From positions 64,666,001 through 64,730,000 of the forward strand of contig OZ024746.1 of NCBI GenBank assembly GCA_964016885.1: a DNA stretch of 64,000 bases. The letters run 5' to 3'. The notes below the pieces were generated by a model. The model was not told the origin of the DNA. It did no database searches and saw nothing but the letters and a program-made list of their open reading frames with translations. The translations under genes and the position numbers were made by a program. Source of the stretch: Eledone cirrhosa. Lineage: Eukaryota. Shown piece by piece: positions 57,043 through 64,000 of this stretch. Each line of letters opens with the position of its first letter. Position 1 is the first letter of the stretch.

Positions 57043-57297
57043 ACATTCATTTAAATTATTGATGTATTGTTTTATTGATATTTTTTATCTGTTTGTCCCG
57101 AATCTTCTATTATCGATTTTTTATCGTATGGTTGATTGTAGACTTGTTCTATGTGTGACGGTATTTTAACGATAGTTATAGCTCTGATTCATCTGAATTA
57201 TTGAGCCCTCTGCCGCTCATTTCGAATATTGTTTATCGTGAACTCGTGCGCCGATTTTTCGATACTCGATCTTTCTAATATATATATACATATATAG

Positions 57298-57501
57298 ATT
57301 AAAATAACAGATTAAAGTTTAAGCAAAGAATCATTGCTTTCACCCTTAACGGGATCTTCTGAAATTAAAAACATCAATCTGTGAACGCAGAAGTAAATAT
57401 TTTGAAAAATGTTGCAACCGAAGGAAAACAAGAAGACGATACTTTGGTTCGTGAAGACGTTCCCTGGCAATGAACGGATAATAGCGAACATAATACGTCA
57501 T
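57298..57501. mobile_element. Partial diverged copy of the 2377-2914 element
   Basis: Colinear similarity to 2378-2581. Confidence 0.75.
57316..57366 (-). ncRNA. Third copy of the U4A hammerhead-like fold
   Basis: Minus strand reads aattt-CAGAAGA-tcccgttaagggt-GAAA-gcaa tgattct ttgc-TT|aaact. Core and stem II are unchanged; substitutions fall in loop III and distal stem I. Confidence 0.48.
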
Positions 57502-57754
57502 CAATGTTCATCAGAATGTCGTAATGCAGACAGCCAGGCATACAGACAGATATTATAAGAGCGCGACGGAGATGGATAACTGGCGCCTAACAGCCCTTTA
57601 ACAACAGAAAATTGAAAAATAAACCTGTAGTTAATATCTTTAGACCGCAAGGATTATATAAATGCAAATTTGAAGTCAATCGGAGTAGAAATGTGGATTT
57701 GTATAGACTTTGCAAAAATGAGGACACCGACAACATCAGTTTTATATATATAGA
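57502..57754 (-). mobile_element. 5' fragment of a related Helitron-like element
   Basis: Minus strand begins A|TCTATATATATAAAACTGA, and the gcaaatttgaa...atcgg motif is shared with 56925-56947. Confidence 0.4.
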
Positions 57755-58889
57755 TTATTTGCCCTTTCATTAAGACTGTATGCTTTAAGTTGGAAATTTG
57801 TCTGCAATTTCTAACAACTGAGGTGACTATACACAGGGCCTCTTGTTGGCTTGTGCAGGTATTTTTCCAACAGGTATCAGACAGAGCTATCTACTGCATT
57901 GATCTCACTAGTTAGGTCAAACAAGAACCTACAAATGTAATGGCTACTACCTAACTCCTACCCATCTATTTTCATGGGAATTGTTCTGATGAGCTTTCCT
58001 CTTTGTTGTCTTGTATTCACGAGTTTAAAAGGAGCACCAAATTGGCAGCTAGGTCTTATCTATTTCCAGTTGAAATTTTAAAATATTATTGCAAATTCTA
58101 TTGATAGTTTCTCCACTGTCACATCTCACCTATGGAACCCTATTCTGGCTTCTTGCTTTCCTGACCTCTGCAATTTGTAAAATTTCAAAACCAACATCAA
58201 TTGTCATCTTATCTCTCCTTAAATTATGTTCTCACTGTTTTGTCCTTTTCTCTTCTCCGTAACACATTGCCTTGCTTAGGGGTGAGTAGGAAAAAAATAT
58301 ATAAATAGAATTAAAATTAAATATCTATATCATCATCATCATATCATCACCGTTTAACATCCATTTTTCCATGCTTGCATGAGTCAGATGGGTTGTCTGC
58401 ATTGAGGGACAAGTCTGGTCAGAATTAGCCATGCTGCCATACCTTGCTCTGACGGGACTGTAAATTTGGCTGTAAGTTGAATTCTTCTTCAACATCTAGG
58501 CTACACTAATATAAATACTTAACATTAGTTATGGAGGAAATGCATGAAGGCTATTACAGTGAATTGGATTGGCTCTAGCATTCCACTGGTACTTATTATA
58601 TTGACAGTGGAGGATAAAATAAAATAAAAAAAAAGAACCAAGTTTATTCCTGAAGAATTTGAACACAAAATTTAATTAATATTTTACCAGTATTTCATTT
58701 CTAAGCTGTTCTCACATGACCCACAAACTCCATTTATAATAGAATAAGAAATTGCTGAAGATTATTGTTTAGATAGTTAATAATTGAATTTCAAATTTTG
58801 CAAATAGGAATTTTCTATTTTGATTCTAATGTATGCATGCATGACCGCATATGTGTGTATGTGTGTGTTTGAGATTTATTATAACTTTG

Positions 58890-60110
58890 AATGGCTGAAT
58901 CGTGAGGACATTGGACAAAATATTTTGTGTCATTTAGTAATTGTTCTTATTATTCTGAGTTCAAGTCTCACCAAGGCCAACTTTGCCTTTCATCCTTCCA
59001 GGGTCAATAAAGTAGTACCAGTCATGTACTGGCATTGATTTAATTAATTTCTCTCCTCCACAAACTACTGTCTTTGTGCCTAAATTAGAAACCATTATTA
59101 AATGATTACACACTGTCAATGTGGTTGGAATTAGGAAGGGCATCCAGCTGTAGAAAACCAGCCAGAAAGTCTCCTATATGAGCGAGACACAGTCACCCGA
59201 CCCAACTTGCCTCTAATTGGGACAAAACCGTCTAACCCATGCTAGCTTGGAAGATAGACGTTAATCGACGATGATGATATGATATATAAGGGCATGGCAG
59301 AATCATTAGAGCATCGGACAAATGCATCATTGTATTTCTTCTGTCTCTTTACATTTTGAGTTCATATTCTGCTGAGGTCAATTTTGCTTTTCATCCTATT
59401 ATTTATTATTTATTATTTATTTGATAAAATAAAGTACCAACAGATAGGCAGTAGATTGGTAGTATCAGTAAATTGTCAGACAACATGCTTTGCAGCATAT
59501 AGTTATGGACCTTTACATTCTGAGTTCAAATCTGGCTGAGATTAGCTTTGCTTTTCATCCCGATAGAGTTGATAAATTAAAATACCATTAATGCATTGGG
59601 GCCAATTTGACTTTCTTCTTCCTCTTGAAATATCTGACCTTGTGCCTAAATTGGAAACAATTATTATAATATATATTTTTTATATTATATAAAAGAAGCC
59701 ATAGGATGGCAAATCTCTTCTTTAGCTTAAAAGTTAAAACCTGTTTTTTTTTCATAGAGAAATGACTTGTTGTCATTGTATCATTTGCTTTTCTATACTG
59801 GCATAAGTTAGACAGGATTTTTAGTTGCAAGGATACAGTGTATCTGTTCAGAAAATCAGGATATACATGACACTGAGTTGTTAAAGTAGTATTTGTTTGG
59901 CTCTCTGCACTCTGGTTTCAAATCCCACAGAGGTCAATTTTACCTTCCATTCTTTCAGGGTCAATAAAATAAAGTACCGGCTCAGGGTCAAGGACTGGTA
60001 GAATTGTTAGAGCATCAAACAAAATGCATTGTGGTATTTATTTTGGGTGGTGGTGGGGGGTTAGTTGTGTTCTGACTTCAAATCCGACTGTGGCCGACTT
60101 GAGTGAAAGA
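58890..60110 (+). mobile_element. Cluster of about five degenerate SINEs plus a SINE tail ending in (GAT)n
   Basis: Repeated gagttcaa...tttgcctttcatcc...ataaaataaagtacc blocks near 58957, 59358, 59521 and 59915. Confidence 0.7.
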
Positions 60111-60318
60111 TTTAAACTGTCACCTGGTTTAACATTACTGGCTGACTCATGGGTGTCTTTAGTGAAGTCAACTCTGTTGCAAGCATATGGGCCAGATCTC
60201 CAGTTCAAGTAAACCTTCCTCCTTCTCCCCACCAGTCTTGGAGGCCATGTAAAGGATCTTGAAGATTGCCTTTCTATTTCTGATTAAACAAAAATATTTA
60301 AATTTAAAATAATAACAT

Positions 60319-60570
60319 TGTACCATGTTGTCTGCAAATTCTAGTTGATTGATTCTACACCTGCCAATCATGATACCATTTCCAACCTGGTTGAGCATGT
60401 CAATCCTGTTCATGAAAATAATGAACAGGAGAGGTGACACTATGCACTCTTTGACTCGCACATTGAAAGGTTTCAATTTAGCACCATTTATTCGAACACA
60501 AATACTCGGGCATTTGGTTAGAGACATCAGGGCAACAAGAAACTGACCACCGATCCCATACTCCTCGTAT
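60319..60570 (-). pseudogene. RTE-clade LINE reverse transcriptase fragment (inverted segment)
   Basis: EEYGIGGQFLVALMSL...VRING...CIVSPLLFIIFMNRI...LEFADNMV, corresponding to RT motifs up to the (Y/F)ADD box. Confidence 0.8.
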
Positions 60571-60584
60571 TAATTAACTTGACA

Positions 60585-61095
60585 GGTGGTGATCTCTGAC
60601 ATGCACTTGATAGGTTTGATGCTGAGTGCTGCATGGTTGGAATGAAAAACAGTGCTGTGAAAACTGAGACAGTCATCTTCTTAAGGAAGCCTGTGCAGTG
60701 CACTCTACATGTAAATGGAGTTCCACTGAAGCAGGTGGAGATGTTCAAGTATCTCAGGGCTATGTTCATGAGTGATGGAATGCGGGAGGCTGATTTAAGT
60801 GCAAGAATTGCAGGAACTGCTGCAGTAATGCGGCAGCTTCAGCATTTGGTAATCAGAATCGAGGTAGGTGTAAAAGCCAAACTCGCTATCTTCAATTTGG
60901 TATTCTTGCCAACCCTTACCTATGCTCATGAATCTTGGATAATAAATGAAAGAGTATGATCACAAATACAAGTGGCCAAAATGGGGTTCCTCTGAAGGGT
61001 CTTTGGAGTAACATTACTCGATGGAGAGCATAGCTTGGAGATCAGAGAGTCACTCCAGGTAGAGCCACTACTTCTCCAGATTAAGAGATTTGCAG
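60585..61095 (+). pseudogene. RTE-clade LINE reverse transcriptase C-terminal fragment with stop codons
   Basis: DL*HALDRF...GMK...KTE...LKQVEMFKYL...PTLTYAHESW...MGFL*RVFGVTLLD...IRESLQVEPLLL. Confidence 0.85.
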
Positions 61096-63072
61096 TTACA
61101 TTCTTCATTTGCAACATTTGAAAGAGCTGGGCCACTCACTCATTACAAAGTTCTTAACTTTTTTAGCATCTTGACCAACTGCTACCTTTTAATGCCTTCA
61201 AGACTTCTTTGTCCTTAATCCTTGAACTACTATTTTCCTCCACTAAATTGAGAGGAGTATATCCTACTTGAGGAAGGTTCCCCACGAGGGGTGGAGTGGC
61301 TGATGCAGCAGATGTTATTGGTTGTTCATCAAATGCCTTTGCCATTTTGTCTGTTGGGCACAGCTGAAATATACTGCCTAGACTGGAGTGTTAAGACTGC
61401 TGATCTACTTCCAATGAAAATATAGGAATTCTTCATTAATTTCTTTCAGTTTTCTTGGTGAATGATACATAAGTTATTTACGGTTATTTACCACCCAAAC
61501 CTAAACACCAATCTATTGAGGATAACACTTCCTGGGAGGAGAAGATAATCATAAGCTTGCTTGTCTTAAAGGCAGACACTAAGGCTCTTGTTAATTTTTA
61601 CTACTCCATTTGTTTGAGGTTTGATACAAATTTAAAAAAAAGACAAAAGCAAAAAACAAAAAAGAATTAGTGATTTTTTTTTTTTTTTTTTTTTTTTCAT
61701 TTCCTTAAGCATAAACTTAGAAGTTTCTGTTGGAAAAAAAATTATTTTATGTATTTTTTAAGTTATGAAGATTTAACAAGACAGTAGTTACTTATTTCTA
61801 GATTTTGGTGAGATGTTAAATTCGGCATTATTTAAATTGAAAAATACAAGGAGGATACATATTTAAAAACATTTCCAGTTCATTATTTTTTCATCCCTAG
61901 CAAAATTATGAAACTTATAAATGCTAAGTCTCTCACAGTCTTATTGTGATCTCGCATATTTTAGCATTTTAAAAACTGTACCATTAAAAACGAGGTTTCT
62001 AATCAGACCCAGATAATACTTCTTTTATTATCAGTTGCTGACGACTTACAAAGCTCAAGTAAGACTCAACTTGTAATACTTCTCACGTATCAAGGCAGTG
62101 CTACAGCTATATAATATTAGTCAAATTCTTAAAGTGAACCATTTATTAATTGGCAAAGAAAAAACAAACAAACCAAAACACCTCACTACCACATGGCTTC
62201 TTTTCTCTGCCTCTTCCCTCACTGCTTCTGCTCATCTCAACTAGCAAGTTGCATTACTATCTCTTTGCAATATTACCTGCTGCACCCACTTCTTGTAAAG
62301 CGTTTGTTCAACCATTTCTCCCGGAACATTACAATCCTCTGGGATTTTCTCTCTACCATTGCTCCTATTACAGAGCTTAATCTACAGAAATTCCAGCTGA
62401 ATAATCAACAACCTGAAACAATTAACAATGTTTACATTCACTGCATCGTCAACGCACGCACGCACACACACACTTTTATAGACAAGGGAGATAATTTTAG
62501 ATAGCAAGGGGCGTAACTCTGACATATCTAACATTTTGCATATATCTAATCTTTATTAGAAACTTTTTTTGCATTTTTCTAAAATGGATTGAATTTGCAC
62601 CAGTAATATAGTTTTATTCACCTTTTAACCATAAAAAAATGTTTTCACAGTAAACTTACACTCTGTGTTAATTAGGCCAGAAGAATGTTAAAAAAATTTA
62701 CTGTGAATTTGAACTCGGAGCGCGGAGTTGGAACAAATACCACAAAGTCATGTTATTTGATGTTCTAATGATGCTGCCATTTCACTGCCTTATTCAGATA
62801 TTACTGTGTCATATTGTTATCAATATAACACTGTAATATCTGTATATCTTCTGAGTGTTTAAGGTGTTTGCTTCCCAACTATATGGTACAATAGACAAGA
62901 GTATTTTCCAATAATCTTGAGTTAACAATTCCTGATGAGTGAAATTGGTAAAGGGAAACTATATGAAAACCTACTGTATATATGTGCAACCAGATTTTAG
63001 CAATTTTGAACTGAATTTTGCTTTTAGGTATATTTCTATGATTTAATGATGTTATTTTATCTATCTTTTTAG

Positions 63073-63230
63073 GTAATTCCATACCTACTGTAGCTAGGAA
63101 TGGATCAATGCCACCAGGGATAGCCATGACAGGTGAATCAGCACAAACTAATTTCAACTACATGCCTCCAGAGAATGGTTACCATCAACGTCCTCAAATT
63201 TCTCAAGGCTACCACCCTTATCGACGTTGA
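63073..63230 (+). CDS. DAZAP1: Terminal coding exon ending ...QRPQISQGYHPYRR* (PY-NLS-like C-terminus)
   Basis: Acceptor tatctttttAG ends at 63072 and phase 1 matches the upstream donor. TGA at 63228-63230. An HPYRR terminus is characteristic of DAZAP1-type proteins. The ORF track misses this exon. Confidence 0.87.
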
Positions 63231-63426
63231 TGGGTGTGTGGTCAGTTCATGACTACCACCCTTATTGATGTTGATGGGTGAGTGGTCAGTTCATGGCTAC
63301 CACCCTTCTCAACGTTGATGGGTGTGTGGTCAGTTCATGGCTACCACCTTTATCAACATAGATGGGTGTGTGGTCAGTTCATGGCTACCACCTTTATCAA
63401 CGTAGATGGGTGTGTGGTCAGTTCAT
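63207..63426 (+). repeat. 5 x 44-bp tandem repeat spanning the last 7 codons, the stop codon and the start of the 3' UTR
   Basis: Unit ggctaccacccttatcgacgttgatgggtgtgtggtcagttcat starts at 63207, 63251, 63295, 63339 and 63383, with a few substitutions per copy. Confidence 0.95.
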
Positions 63427-63807
63427 ATGGCCATTTTTACTGTTGTTAATGTTAAAACTGTTTTTGAACTCATTCATGAATGGAATTCAATAATTATAAT
63501 ATTCATTGAAGCACTGAAATAACCATATTTTCATAAAACAAACAATTTAAAAGTCTCATTTAAAATTAAATACAATTTGCAATTATTTAAATATTTGTTT
63601 ATTTTATTTTTGCAAAAAAAAATTTTTTAAATTATAATTCATCACATGGCTTTAAATGTGGATAACTATTAGCTGTGATGTTAAGGGTTAGACTAGGTTA
63701 TAACTTCAAATCATACAACATTTATTTTAGCAGATTATTTGTACGCATGCCTCACAGGTTGTTTGCTTGACTGACAATATCATTTTCCACTCCTGCTGTA
63801 GACACTG

Positions 63808-63813
63808 AATAAA
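63808..63813 (+). promoter_or_regulatory. Candidate polyadenylation signal AATAAA (an ATTAAA also lies at 63565-63570)
   Basis: Hexamer downstream of the stop. The background is AT-rich, so chance occurrence is likely. Confidence 0.25.
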
Positions 63814-64000
63814 AGCTGATATAGGGTGGAGAGGACTCTCGAGTCCAGTAAGACAGCCTCTCTAGTGCCAGTGACATGAATAATGTACCTAGTCAATATT
63901 ATAAAGTGGATAGTGATAAGAAGGGCATTCAGCCAGAAAAAGACTCAGCCAAAATTATGGAGAGCTTAACATCTAAGTCATTAATGGTAGTAAAGAAAGA

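Noticed and set aside
62034-62070. gttg-CTGACGA-cttac...gtaag-act-caac
   Set aside because: It has two helices but no GAAA or helix III, so it is not a hammerhead.
63207-63426. CRISPR-like regular repeat
   Set aside because: The units are contiguous with no unique spacers, the context is eukaryotic and there are no cas genes. It is a minisatellite.

Overview
This is AT-rich, microsatellite-dense eukaryotic DNA. The SINE and LINE repertoire suggests a coleoid cephalopod (octopus-like); that is inference. The window holds the 3' part of one plus-strand spliced gene, a DAZAP1/Hrb27C(hrp48)-like RRM protein. It has four phase-compatible coding exons (11506-11588, 51957-52638, 53659-54099, 63073-63230), a 40.4-kb intron that splits RRM2, polyQ low-complexity exons and a C-terminal GYHPYRR. 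The stop-codon region is tandemly repeated five times (44-bp unit). The introns carry about 18 kb of (TA/TG/CA)n, tRNA-derived SINEs, RTE and Tx1-like LINE fragments, an internally deleted piggyBac with three related TTAA MITEs, Helitron-like elements and a Tc1/mariner-like MITE. The main hidden signal is a set of nine type I hammerhead-ribozyme folds from five sequence-unrelated families. They sit in short non-coding modules embedded in (TA)n, several with inverted or direct terminal duplications (Penelope-like/retrozyme architecture). They include a 551-nt retrozyme-like unit, a U3-A8 covariant core, a U4A core variant and a recurrent U.U mismatch at positions 10.1-11.1. All ribozyme calls were folded by eye and are untested. 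The hundreds of IY-rich ORFs in the track are microsatellite artefacts.
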